This document shows, piece after piece, positions 17,236-27,071 of a DNA stretch of 64,000 nucleotides. The DNA comes from a virus. The stretch is from positions 1 through 64,000 of IMG/VR virus record IMGVR_UViG_3300032291_001823; one strand, given 5' to 3'. Both the position numbers and the translations under genes were made by a program. Each line of letters begins with the position of its first letter. Position 1 is the first letter of the stretch. The notes below the pieces were generated by a model, which worked only from the letters and a program-made list of their open reading frames with translations, did no database searches and was not told the DNA's origin.

Positions 17236-18486
17236 ATGGCCGATAATCTAAACACTCCATCTTTTGGAAACTTTAGTATTGAAAACACTATGGAAATGGG
17301 AATGGGAAGTGCAGATCTTATTAATGATTTGCTAGGTCCTGAATCAGTTTCAGCAGCCCCTTCTGACGTTAAAGAACTTGAACCAGAAGCTCCTGTAGAA
17401 GCTCCTAAAAAAGCATCTCAACAATCTCCTAAAGAGGAGAAAAAAGTTGAGCCTGAAGATTCAAAAAAATCTATACAAGATTTTTTATATGGTTCTGAAC
17501 AAGAAACTGATGAGGACGATGAAGAAACTTCATCAAAACCTGCAGCAAAACCTGAACCAACTAGTGCTGACAGTGATGATTCCTCAGATTCTGAAGAGGT
17601 TAATCAATTCGAAGCTCTTTCTCGTGACCTTTTCAAACTAGGTGTATTCAATAAAGATGATGAAGATGAAGAATCCCCATCAATAACCACTCCTGAGGAA
17701 TTTCTAGAGAGGTTTAATTTAGAGAAGAAGAAAGGAGCAATTGACATAGTGAATAATTTCATAGGTCAATTTGGTGAAGACTACCAACAAGCTTTCCAAG
17801 CTATTTTTGTAAAAGGTGTTGATCCAAAAGATTATTTCGGTACATATAATAATATTCAAAGTTTTTCAGACTTGGATCTTTCACAAGAAAGTAATCAAGT
17901 TTCTGTAATTAAACAAGCTCTGGCTGATCAAGGATTTGAACCAGAAGATATTGATACAGAAGTCGAAAGACTTAAAAACTATGGAGATCTTGAAACTGTT
18001 TCAGCAAAACACCACAAAGTGTTAGTTAAGAAAGAAGCAGCAAAGCTTGCTCAAATGGAGCAGCAAAGAGAACAAGACCTCCAAAAGCAACAAGCCCTTA
18101 AACAACAGTATGTACAAAACGTACAAACTGTTCTACAGGATAAATTAAAAGCTAAAGAATTTGACGGAATCCCCATCAATCCAAAATTAGCTAACGAACT
18201 ACAAGATTTTCTTTTGGTTGACAAATATCAAACTCCTTCTGGCGAAAAGCTGACAGAGTTTGACAGGCAAATTTTGGAATTGAAAAGACCTGAAAACCAT
18301 TCTACTAAAGTTAAAGTGGGACTAATTCTTAAAATTCTGGAAACCGATCCTACGTTGTCAACAATACAAAAAAGAGGAATCAGTAAAAAATCAGATGATT
18401 TATTTAGTGAAGTTGCAAGGCAGAGTACAAAAACTGCAGCAAAATCTTCAAAAGAATCATCTAGGACAACATCATGGTTTCAGTAA
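17236..18486 (+). CDS. putative scaffolding protein
   Basis: Acidic disordered N-half and coiled-coil C-half, between portal and capsid genes. Confidence 0.65.
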   Translation: MADNLNTPSFGNFSIENTMEMGMGSADLINDLLGPESVSAAPSDVKELEPEAPVEAPKKASQQSPKEEKKVEPEDSKKSIQDFLYGSEQETDEDDEETSSKPAAKPEPTSADSDDSSDSEEVNQFEALSRDLFKLGVFNKDDEDEESPSITTPEEFLERFNLEKKKGAIDIVNNFIGQFGEDYQQAFQAIFVKGVDPKDYFGTYNNIQSFSDLDLSQESNQVSVIKQALADQGFEPEDIDTEVERLKNYGDLETVSAKHHKVLVKKEAAKLAQMEQQREQDLQKQQALKQQYVQNVQTVLQDKLKAKEFDGIPINPKLANELQDFLLVDKYQTPSGEKLTEFDRQILELKRPENHSTKVKVGLILKILETDPTLSTIQKRGISKKSDDLFSEVARQSTKTAAKSSKESSRTTSWFQ

Positions 18487-18515
18487 ACATTTATAATAAT
18501 TAAAAAGATAACAAA

Positions 18516-20069
18516 ATGCCAATTCAAACTATCCCAGGTTTAACTGGGTTTACGTATGCTAGAGTGGCTTCTATGGATAAACGTGCTGTAGGCAAGCTTA
18601 CGGACGCTAATCACTTAGAAAGTTTCCACTCCACCGAACCTGCTGATTATGATAAGAAAATCATCAGCTTGTACACTCAAAGTTCTTTGTACAGCAACGA
18701 TTTTCTGGACATGATCAACAAGTCCACTCCTTATTACATTGATAACAACAGTGATGCTTGGAAATGGCAGGTACAAGTGCCTTACAAGTTTCCAAAAATT
18801 ATCGATGTTCCTGGAACAACAGAAGCTCTTTCGAAGCCTGGTATTGATGGTCAAGAGTTTGCTCTTGTACTTGACACCAATGAGTTTTCTAAAAATGCAA
18901 TTGTTTCTGTAGGTTCTCGTCAGTATGGTCCTAGGTTTTATGTTGTTAAAGATCCAGTTCCTTGGAACATGGGCTACCTTTACAGCTTCACTCTTGTAAG
19001 TGACAACCCAACAGTTGATTTCGTAAGCAGCACCTTCTTACAAGTTGGTATTGAGCTGGAACTGGTTGACGCTGCAATTGGTGAGTTTGACCAGGATTTG
19101 TTAGGTCTTCCTCGTCTTGGTGAGCAAATCACAATGTTTGAATCTCTTGGTTCAGCTTATGGTTATGAGCACAAAATCACTGAGTGGGCTGATGACAAAA
19201 TGATGCGTGATGCTTCTGGTAAGCCTCTTGACATCCTTGTATATGCTCCTCAACGTAGGAACCAGCTTCCTCTCACTAGGAACGATGTTAAATGGGAACC
19301 ATTCATCGAGTTCTGGATGCGTAAGTCTATGCTTGAATTGAAAGTTAAGCGTATGATTTGGAGCAAGCCTGGCACTGTTAAAACAAACGGTTCTAAGCAA
19401 GAATTGAAGCGTACTTCTGCTGGTGTTTATCACAGGATGCGTAACAATGGTAACTTGGTTCAATACAATCGTGGTGAATTCACTGCAAATCTGATTCGTT
19501 CCGTATTTGGTGATTTGTTCTATCGCAGGGTGGACGTTAAAGACCGTAGGGTTAAAATGTACACCAACGAAGCAGGTTTCGATGTATTCCAACAAGCTCT
19601 TAAGAACGATGCTCTGAATTCTGGTCTCACCTTTATGGCTGATTCTGGAAACAGGTATTTGCAAGGAGAAGGTCAACACATCACTTACAACTTTGCTTTC
19701 GATAGCATGGTTACTCGTGAGACAGGTCGTGTTGAACTGATCCATCTGAAGGAACTTGATCTTCCACAATCTAATCTGGAATTTGGTCAGAATAAAAAAT
19801 CTACTCCTGTATTCATGGTGTTCGATGTTTCTCCAATGAGCGATGGTTCAATGATTAACAACATCCGTGAAGTAAGGATGAAAGGTGCTCCTTCCATGAC
19901 TTGGGGTTATATTGACGGAACTCGTCACCACTTAGGCTTTGCTAAGTCTCAGGGTATGAGCTCTGCTAACAAGTTCCCTGGTTATGAAATCTGGATGAAA
20001 GATCGTTGCGATGTGTTCATTGAGGATCTCTCTCGCACAGTTTTGATCGAAGAGATTCCACAGTTCTAA
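18516..20069 (+). CDS. major capsid protein (crAss-like HK97 fold)
   Basis: 517 aa, position after portal/scaffold, strong codon bias (CGT, AAC, TTC), crAss-like MCP size and features (KMYTNEAG). Confidence 0.88.
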   Translation: MPIQTIPGLTGFTYARVASMDKRAVGKLTDANHLESFHSTEPADYDKKIISLYTQSSLYSNDFLDMINKSTPYYIDNNSDAWKWQVQVPYKFPKIIDVPGTTEALSKPGIDGQEFALVLDTNEFSKNAIVSVGSRQYGPRFYVVKDPVPWNMGYLYSFTLVSDNPTVDFVSSTFLQVGIELELVDAAIGEFDQDLLGLPRLGEQITMFESLGSAYGYEHKITEWADDKMMRDASGKPLDILVYAPQRRNQLPLTRNDVKWEPFIEFWMRKSMLELKVKRMIWSKPGTVKTNGSKQELKRTSAGVYHRMRNNGNLVQYNRGEFTANLIRSVFGDLFYRRVDVKDRRVKMYTNEAGFDVFQQALKNDALNSGLTFMADSGNRYLQGEGQHITYNFAFDSMVTRETGRVELIHLKELDLPQSNLEFGQNKKSTPVFMVFDVSPMSDGSMINNIREVRMKGAPSMTWGYIDGTRHHLGFAKSQGMSSANKFPGYEIWMKDRCDVFIEDLSRTVLIEEIPQF

Positions 20070-20076
20070 TAGCCTC

Positions 20077-20214
20077 TCTAGGAATAGTATTCCTAGACCA
20101 ATCCTACCGAGAAGAGCTCTCCTCTAACTCCCTCCTTTGGAGGGCTCTTCTCAACCTACAGATGGATGGACTGGGGTGTCTCCCAGTTGCATTCCCTTCG
20201 ATGGGAACCATCTG
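20077..20214 (+). ncRNA. structured intergenic element after MCP (palindrome, long hairpin, three-way junction)
   Basis: tctaggaata-g-tattcctaga; gagaagagctctcc/ggagggctcttctc; cagatgg/ccatctg enclosing two hairpins. Confidence 0.55.
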
Positions 20215-20241
20215 CTACAAACCAAATAAAATAAACTAAAT

Positions 20242-21207
20242 ATGGGCAAAGTTGGTAAAATTTCCACAATTAAGAAAGAGTATAACAACTCTCAGTTGCA
20301 AACAATGCAAGGTGGTCTTTCGCAAAAAGGTATGACAAGAATTCCTGGAACAGGTGTTTTTAAGTATCCTTATAAAGAACTTGATGGTCAGTATAGGACA
20401 GGTTTAGATCCAAACGCATCTTATATAAGAAGAATTCAAGATCCTACAGAAAGAGAACTGGAAAGAGAGCGTGTTGAAAATCTTAAGATTAAGCTGGAAC
20501 AAGCACTTAACATTGAGCTTGGTCCTCGTTCTCCTTTTTGGAACAGCGGATTAAGCACTTCTTCAAATGACACTCTGCACGTTCAGGCTGTAAAATTGAT
20601 GGATGGTGACAATTTCTACGATCTTGATCAACCTCTTCAGGAACTAGCATTTTCTTGGTTGCGTGTGCATCCTACAATTGCAAGTTCTTATCAAGCTTGG
20701 GAGCGTGGTGAATTTCCTGCAGACACACAGTTTTATGTAGTGGATGATGAAATTGAAAACGCAGTTATGTTTAAAAAGAAACAACTTGTAAATAAAGCAA
20801 TTTCCAAGTTTGATAACATGACTCCTGAGAAGAAGAAGAAAGTTGCAAGGTTGTTGGGACTACCTGTCACAGACAATACAAAAGAAGAAGTTGTTTACAA
20901 TCTTGTAGATAATGTGTTGAAAGAGACAGAATTCAAAACTGGAAGTTACCAAGGTCTTTCTACAGTGGAAGTGTTTAACAGATTCGCTGACATGAGAGAA
21001 AATTTGCTCCATATTAAAGACCTCGTTAAACAAGCAACCTCTCATTCTATATATAGGATAAAACCTAATGGAAGGATTTATGAAGGAGAATTTGAAGTTG
21101 CAACTGACGAAGAAGAACTCGTAAAATTCCTTGCAGACGAAGATCATCAAGATGAACTTCTCACTCTAGAAGGAAAATTGAAAACTAAAAAACTAGCAGC
21201 TCTATGA
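20242..21207 (+). CDS. conserved crAss-like protein downstream of MCP (virion assembly)
   Basis: 321 aa; synteny with the crAss-like capsid module. Confidence 0.65.
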   Translation: MGKVGKISTIKKEYNNSQLQTMQGGLSQKGMTRIPGTGVFKYPYKELDGQYRTGLDPNASYIRRIQDPTERELERERVENLKIKLEQALNIELGPRSPFWNSGLSTSSNDTLHVQAVKLMDGDNFYDLDQPLQELAFSWLRVHPTIASSYQAWERGEFPADTQFYVVDDEIENAVMFKKKQLVNKAISKFDNMTPEKKKKVARLLGLPVTDNTKEEVVYNLVDNVLKETEFKTGSYQGLSTVEVFNRFADMRENLLHIKDLVKQATSHSIYRIKPNGRIYEGEFEVATDEEELVKFLADEDHQDELLTLEGKLKTKKLAAL

Positions 21208-21935
21208 TATTAGTAGATAGTTTATTATATAAGATTGATCAGAAACTAAATAAACTATCTACCAATGAGCATCAACAGATTAATCTTGAGGACAAAATTT
21301 TAGTTCTCAATGAAAGTCAAATAAAATTGATTAAACAAAAGGTTGATGGTTTTAGTGTAGTTAGCGGTATGGGTTTTGATTCTTTTAAGAAACGTTATGA
21401 GGATCTCCAAAGATTGGTGGTACACTACAATCATCAGCCTTTAAATTTAGAAATCAAGAATCCGAAGATAAACCAATGGTATACAAAACTTGACCAGCTT
21501 TTCCCAAAATACATGTTTTACATTGACAGCTATATGCTAGCTGACAAAGATAAGTGTAAAGACAGGGTGATATGGATAAACAAGGATTTGTCAAAACATG
21601 GTGACACTTCTCTACTCCTAAATAACGATAACTACAAACCTTCTTTCGAATACCAAGAAACTTTCAATTATGTGTCATCTGATGAGATAAGTGTATTCAC
21701 AGATGGTACGTTCACACCAAAACAAATCTACATATCTTACATGAGGTATCCAGACTATATAGATAAGGCTGGATATGTAAAGTTTGATGGAACAGATTCT
21801 ACAGATGTTAATTGTGAACTTGAAGAGTATTTGGAGGACGAACTTGTAGATCTCACTGTTCAAAATCTTGCAATGTACACAGAAAACCAATCAGCAGTAC
21901 AGAACAGTGCATATAGAATACAAACAAACGAATAG
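21204..21935 (+). CDS. putative tail ring / head-tail connector protein
   Basis: LNESQIKLIK...YISYMRYP...CELEEYLEDELVDLTV fits the crAss ring-protein pattern. Confidence 0.65.
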   Translation: MILVDSLLYKIDQKLNKLSTNEHQQINLEDKILVLNESQIKLIKQKVDGFSVVSGMGFDSFKKRYEDLQRLVVHYNHQPLNLEIKNPKINQWYTKLDQLFPKYMFYIDSYMLADKDKCKDRVIWINKDLSKHGDTSLLLNNDNYKPSFEYQETFNYVSSDEISVFTDGTFTPKQIYISYMRYPDYIDKAGYVKFDGTDSTDVNCELEEYLEDELVDLTVQNLAMYTENQSAVQNSAYRIQTNE

Positions 21936-21962
21936 GCTTTTTAATATTTAAAATAAACAAAA

Positions 21963-23156
21963 ATGGCAGATTTTTCTTTAACTACGCTCTTCGTGGTTCC
22001 TGTTGGCAGCTCAATTGCCAGTAGCGGTTCTACGCAAGACCTTACAGCTGGAACAGTCGGTTTCTATAGGAACGACTATACAGTTGCCACAGCAGCAAAC
22101 ATTGGTGCTGCTCCTTATTTCTATGTTGCTCAAGGTAGATCAAACACCTATCTTCAAGGATCAAAAAGATCTGACAAAATTGGTGTTGCTACAAATGCAT
22201 TATCAGGTAATGCTGAAACAATTTTACCAAGAAACTCTAATGTAACTGAGTGGTACAAAGTTAGCGGTTGTCCTACACCAATTACACAAATCACTGACAT
22301 CGGTAACTGGACTGTTCAGTGCGGTGAGACTGTAACTGTTACCCTCCGTGCACATTCTTCTTACTTGGACACCTTGTATTTCAACGGTTTCACTCGTAGT
22401 GTAACTGTTCAAGCTCCTTGTTGTGATTGTGGTGGAAACCCTTGTGCAAATGTTAACGTTCCAGCTTTGATTGACGAAATCATTCTGGCTTTCCAGCAAC
22501 AAGCTCCTGGTATCAATCCTGATGATATTAGTTTTAACAATTTCTATCAGTTCCAGCGTCTTCGTAATGATGCCACTGCGATTCTTCGTATCACTGGTAA
22601 GCCTCTTACCAAATATGGTCAGCCTTGTGATGTAGCTGCTTTCCCTTACGAATATGACAGGATGTGGTTCCGTGCATTCGTATACGAAGGTCCAGCCACC
22701 ACAGCAGACTTCATTGTAGCAGACGCTTGTAACCTTGTTGCAAACCCTCAAGTTGTTCAACGTGCATCTTATGCAATTGGAACTTCTGACGAGATTGCAC
22801 AACTTGAGAAGAACTTCTACAGCTATCAAGCTGGTTATCTCAAGCACCTCTACAGGATGGCTGGTTACAATGGTAACTTCGAATCTTGGGTTTCTGCAGG
22901 TACTACTTATGACACTTATTACATTAAGTTCAATGAGTATGACAAATCTGCTTATCAGTGGAGCGATTACATCAAAGAAGATAGTACAGTGATTATAGCA
23001 GTACCTACTGGATCAGGTGCCGCAACTTCTGTAAGTGCAATTCTCACTGCAGCTTTGGGTACTCCAGTTGACAACGGTTCTGTATGCTTGACTACTACAT
23101 CAACTAGTACAACTATATGGCCAACCACTTCAACAACTACTACACTGATTCCTTAA
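21963..23156 (+). CDS. putative auxiliary capsid (decoration) protein with Thr-rich C-terminus
   Basis: 397 aa, capsid-like codon bias, synteny, followed by a strong hairpin. Confidence 0.6.
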   Translation: MADFSLTTLFVVPVGSSIASSGSTQDLTAGTVGFYRNDYTVATAANIGAAPYFYVAQGRSNTYLQGSKRSDKIGVATNALSGNAETILPRNSNVTEWYKVSGCPTPITQITDIGNWTVQCGETVTVTLRAHSSYLDTLYFNGFTRSVTVQAPCCDCGGNPCANVNVPALIDEIILAFQQQAPGINPDDISFNNFYQFQRLRNDATAILRITGKPLTKYGQPCDVAAFPYEYDRMWFRAFVYEGPATTADFIVADACNLVANPQVVQRASYAIGTSDEIAQLEKNFYSYQAGYLKHLYRMAGYNGNFESWVSAGTTYDTYYIKFNEYDKSAYQWSDYIKEDSTVIIAVPTGSGAATSVSAILTAALGTPVDNGSVCLTTTSTSTTIWPTTSTTTTLIP

Positions 23157-23178
23157 TAAAATAAGGATCATATAAACC

Positions 23179-23228
23179 TATGCCTGAGGGTGAGAGAGGA
23201 TTCTCAAGTCCTCAGGCATAATTATTTT
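23179..23228 (+). terminator. long hairpin (terminator or mRNA stabiliser)
   Basis: tatgcctgagg/cctcaggcata 11-bp stem plus inner tgaga/tctca stem, then attatttt. Confidence 0.65.
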
Positions 23229-23235
23229 AAAAGAT

Positions 23236-23790
23236 ATGGCAAACGTACTGGATATATTAGTTATCGACACTCATAATATCAACACATTAGGAATAGCTGA
23301 TAACTCTACATATGATGCCACTCCTGTAAGTCCAACAATAAGTATTACAGTTCCTGGATTTGCAGCAGTGGTTTTACCGTTTGTTCCAAATGATTTCAAC
23401 GTTTTCAATTCTACCTCTTTAGGATTGTCAGCGGTGGGACAACCTTTACAACCTCTTCCTGATGGAGTGTATTATTTAAAATACACTATCAATCCAGCTT
23501 TGACAAACTTTGTCAATAAGACAATAATGAGAGTTGATAAGATACAGGAGAAGTTTGATGAAGCTTTCATGAAGCTTGATATGATGCAGTGCGATTTGGC
23601 TATAAAACAACAACAAAAAGTTGAACTGAACAGTATATACTATTTCATACAAGGATCTATTGCAGCAGCTAATAACTGTGCTGTAGACACTGCTAATAAA
23701 TTGTATACGCAAGCAGACAAAATGTTGTCAAACTTTATAAAGAACAATTGTGGTTGTTCTGGAACAAATTACTTTAACAGCTTTGTATAA
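23236..23790 (+). CDS. putative tail hub protein
   Basis: LPDGVYYLKYTI Ig-like N-domain plus helical Cys-containing C-domain; synteny. Confidence 0.55.
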   Translation: MANVLDILVIDTHNINTLGIADNSTYDATPVSPTISITVPGFAAVVLPFVPNDFNVFNSTSLGLSAVGQPLQPLPDGVYYLKYTINPALTNFVNKTIMRVDKIQEKFDEAFMKLDMMQCDLAIKQQQKVELNSIYYFIQGSIAAANNCAVDTANKLYTQADKMLSNFIKNNCGCSGTNYFNSFV

Positions 23791-23808
23791 CATACAAACA
23801 TTATAATT

Positions 23809-23946
23809 ATGGGAGCACAATGTAGAAATTGCGGAATGAAAGTTGGTTGTGGATGTCAATTAATAAATGGATTATGTTCAGCTTGCAACAGTGCTATTCA
23901 GAACATAACACAAAAGATAAAAAATGTTATCACCAAGATTAGTTAA
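23809..23946 (+). CDS. small Cys-rich protein (45 aa)
   Basis: MGAQCRNCGMKVGCGCQLINGLCSACNSAIQNITQKIKNVITKIS; not in the track. Confidence 0.7.
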   Translation: MGAQCRNCGMKVGCGCQLINGLCSACNSAIQNITQKIKNVITKIS

Positions 23947-24190
23947 TTGCGTAGACTGCACCACTCCTGCAAATTTGATACTTGATATTGACTGCAAGCT
24001 AACAGATCTTGCAAATAATCAATACAATAACATAGTATTTATGTTAGGACTTCCTTTTAACCAAACGGTTATTGGAGACCTTCTTAACTACAAGAGGATA
24101 TTGGTAAATAAGATTTGTAACCCAGACTACGCCAAAAGCTACACTATTGAAATGATAGCTAGCAGGGTAAAGATTTTAATATATAAATAA
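23924..24190 (+). CDS. putative tail hub protein (small subunit)
   Basis: 88 aa, Cys-containing; synteny. Confidence 0.5.
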   Translation: MLSPRLVNCVDCTTPANLILDIDCKLTDLANNQYNNIVFMLGLPFNQTVIGDLLNYKRILVNKICNPDYAKSYTIEMIASRVKILIYK

Positions 24191-24198
24191 TTAATAAA

Positions 24199-25338
24199 AT
24201 GGCTTGTAATAACTGCTATAATGGTTGTGTAGAAACAACTTCAGATAAATGTGTAAGATATACAGGTGAGAATGTTGCTAGCTTGGCTATTGAAAATGGG
24301 GACAATCTATTTACAGTGGAGCAAGCTTTAATAAATACAATTGTTTCTTTTCTTGATGGAACAGGAATAAAGATAAATATTCCAATTGGAGACTACTGTA
24401 CACTTGTAACACAATATCTTCCTCCCTGCTTTCCTGCATGTGGAAATCCTTCTGCAAAGGAACTTTTTACAGCTTTAGTAAAAGCTGCTTGTAACTTGCA
24501 AACTCAAGTTACATCAATCAACGGAACTCTCACCATACTGAATGCCAATTATACTATTGGATGTCTTACAGGAGTTACAGCATCGTCTGATACGCATGAT
24601 ATTGTACAAGCTGTAATTACAAAACTTTGTCAGCTAGGAGTTGACTTGGCAGCACTTTCTCTTGATGTAAGTACAAACTATGTAAAGATTGCTGACCTTA
24701 ACGGTTTGATTGCTGCATATCTTGCTTCTGTAGCACCATCAACTACTCCTTATTATACAAGAATGGTTCCTTTCACTGTAATGGAATACTATGGAGGACT
24801 TTCTGGTAACTTTGATGTTAATGGTGTAGGAATAGGACCTTGGCAACAAATCTATCTTTGTAATGGTCTTAATGGAACTCCTGATAAGAGAGGAAGAGTT
24901 GGTGTAGGTGCAATTGTAGGTGTAGGTGGTGGAGCTCTTAATCCAGCTGTAGATCCTTCTAATCCAAGCAATCCAAACTATGCTCTAAATCTTGCTACAG
25001 GTGCAAACACCGTAACATTGTCTGCTACACAGATTCCTGCTCACACGCACAGTGTAACTTTGACAGATCCTGGGCATCATCACTTTGTTGCTGGGTCAGA
25101 CACATCAGCATCTACCGCTATAATAAACTCAACAACTCCTATTGCTTCTGCAGGATCCTATGGAACAAACGAACAATATGCACTTCGTCCTAGCACACTA
25201 GGTGCAACTGTAGGAAAGACAAGTACTAGTTTTACAGGAGTTAATGCAACAATAGGCTCTACAGGAGGCGGACTTTCTCATGCAAACATACAGCCTTCTA
25301 TTGCTTGTTATTATATTATGTACATTCCAAATCCTTAA
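24199..25338 (+). CDS. tail collar domain / short fibre protein
   Basis: YLCNGLNGTPDKRGRVGVG (tail collar), GANTVTLSATQIPAHTH, DPGHHH, GGGLSHANIQPSIACYYIM. Confidence 0.8.
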   Translation: MACNNCYNGCVETTSDKCVRYTGENVASLAIENGDNLFTVEQALINTIVSFLDGTGIKINIPIGDYCTLVTQYLPPCFPACGNPSAKELFTALVKAACNLQTQVTSINGTLTILNANYTIGCLTGVTASSDTHDIVQAVITKLCQLGVDLAALSLDVSTNYVKIADLNGLIAAYLASVAPSTTPYYTRMVPFTVMEYYGGLSGNFDVNGVGIGPWQQIYLCNGLNGTPDKRGRVGVGAIVGVGGGALNPAVDPSNPSNPNYALNLATGANTVTLSATQIPAHTHSVTLTDPGHHHFVAGSDTSASTAIINSTTPIASAGSYGTNEQYALRPSTLGATVGKTSTSFTGVNATIGSTGGGLSHANIQPSIACYYIMYIPNP

Positions 25339-25341
25339 ACT

Positions 25342-25683
25342 ATGGCTTGTGTACCTGGTATGCCTTGTTACAACGCTGATATTGTTTACACTTACTATCC
25401 CTCTGGATGTGTATATGATGGGTTTTTAGGCTATCCTATAAACTCAGATTACATCTATTATTCTGGATCAAACCTTCCAGGATCAGGAGTACAGTTTAAA
25501 GATTGTCTCACTACAGCACTTCAGAAGATAGATTCTAAAATTACACCAGTTGCTATTGTACAATCAATGATAGCCATCCTAAGCACCAACCCTGGATATT
25601 TGGCAGCATTATGTTTATTGTTAACACAGTGTGCAAGTGTCACAACAAGCACAACAAGCACAACAACTACAATAGCTCCTTAA
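25342..25683 (+). CDS. small virion protein with fibre-type N-module and Thr tail
   Basis: YIYYSGSNLPGSGV...LTTALQKIDSKI; ends TTSTTSTTTTIAP. Confidence 0.6.
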   Translation: MACVPGMPCYNADIVYTYYPSGCVYDGFLGYPINSDYIYYSGSNLPGSGVQFKDCLTTALQKIDSKITPVAIVQSMIAILSTNPGYLAALCLLLTQCASVTTSTTSTTTTIAP

Positions 25684-25691
25684 ATTTATAA

Positions 25692-25751
25692 AAACTCTGT
25701 TTTGTTGGTTTTACAGGGTTTACCTCTGACGTGTCTACGTTGGGGGTTTTT
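25692..25751 (+). terminator. tandem hairpins ending in intrinsic terminator
   Basis: aaactctgt...acagggttt, then acctctgacgt-gtct-acgttgggggt followed by ttttt. Confidence 0.65.
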
Positions 25752-25793
25752 AATTAATCATGTTAATGTAATAATTGACAAAATTAAAATTAT

Positions 25794-25824
25794 TTTGTAT
25801 ATTCAATAATATTCCCTATCTTTA
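25794..25824 (+). promoter_or_regulatory. putative Bacteroidota-type promoter
   Basis: TTTG 25794-97, 19-nt spacer, TATCTTTA 25817-24. Shares AAAATTATTTTGT with the promoter at 10014. Confidence 0.5.
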
Positions 25825-25850
25825 TGTCAATTTAACTAAACATTTCATAA

Positions 25851-27071
25851 ATGTCTGAAAATCAATCACTTCTGATTCAACTTCAAAATTTATTGACGTG
25901 GAAGAAAAGCAAGAAGTTTTATGCAGATAAACTTGGTGTGACAGAAGAATGTGTAGATGATCTTTTGAAAGAGTTAAGAGATGTAAAACCTGTTCAAGTT
26001 TTTGAAAACAACACAGCAATATTCAAAGAAGATATTGTAAACGGAACTGGAGAAATAGTTTTAAACGTTAAGGAAGAAATAAAGTCTTTAGAAGAGCTGA
26101 TTGAAAAGTCTAAAATAGATGTTTCTGTTTGGGAAATAACTAAATACGTACAAAACTATTGGGGAAACACAACCACACCTAACTGGCAAGTTAAAGCATG
26201 GTTGAGTAAAAAGAGTCAGGAAACAATATTCCAAAACGAATTTATTTCCTTTCTAAAGGAATATAAACCCACTCTTCCTTCTATAGGCTCTCCTAAAGTG
26301 AGAAAAGATGTGTCAGAAGCATCTTTGATAATAAACAAACAAGATTCACATTTTAACAAGCTTGATGTAGATGGTTCAAATAACATCAACGACAGGTTTG
26401 CAAAGATAAGAGAAAAGGTAGAAGTGATTGTTAATCAAGCTCTTGTGTCAAATCTTGTTGATACAATTTATTATGTAATAGGTTCTGATGAGTTCAATAG
26501 TGAGTTTAACGGAACTACAACTAAAGGAACACCTCAGCAAAATATATTGTCATATCATAAATCTTTTGAAAAAATATGCAATCATGAGGTTGATATGATA
26601 AACTTTTTGGCATCTAATTGTTTTTTCCTGAACATTATTTACGTTCCTGGAAATCACGATGAATATGTAGGATGGCATTTGGTCAAATGGTTAGAAACGT
26701 ATTACAAGTCAGAAGAGCACATATCTTTTGAAACTTCTCCTAAGTATAGAAAATATGTGAGCTACGGAAAGACAGGAATAATGTTCAACCATGGAGATGC
26801 AATGAAGCCTGCTAAGCTTGCTGGTATATTTCCAATAGAATATAAGGACAAATGGTCAAGTCATGAGAACTTTTACATATTCACAGGAGATAAACATCAT
26901 GAGGTGAGTCACGACTTTGGAGGAATTAAATTTTATCAAATTCCAGCATTCTCAAATGCTAAGAGTTCATGGGACGATAAGAATGGATATACAGGATCAA
27001 GAGGAGAAGTGACAGGATTTCTAATAGACCATCTCTATGGAATGACGAATATATATAAACAGTATTTATAA
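25851..27071 (+). CDS. metallophosphoesterase with N-terminal HTH-like segment
   Basis: QDSH, GSDEFN, PGNHD, NHGD and GDKHH motifs; N-terminal YADKLGVTEECV. Confidence 0.8.
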   Translation: MSENQSLLIQLQNLLTWKKSKKFYADKLGVTEECVDDLLKELRDVKPVQVFENNTAIFKEDIVNGTGEIVLNVKEEIKSLEELIEKSKIDVSVWEITKYVQNYWGNTTTPNWQVKAWLSKKSQETIFQNEFISFLKEYKPTLPSIGSPKVRKDVSEASLIINKQDSHFNKLDVDGSNNINDRFAKIREKVEVIVNQALVSNLVDTIYYVIGSDEFNSEFNGTTTKGTPQQNILSYHKSFEKICNHEVDMINFLASNCFFLNIIYVPGNHDEYVGWHLVKWLETYYKSEEHISFETSPKYRKYVSYGKTGIMFNHGDAMKPAKLAGIFPIEYKDKWSSHENFYIFTGDKHHEVSHDFGGIKFYQIPAFSNAKSSWDDKNGYTGSRGEVTGFLIDHLYGMTNIYKQYL

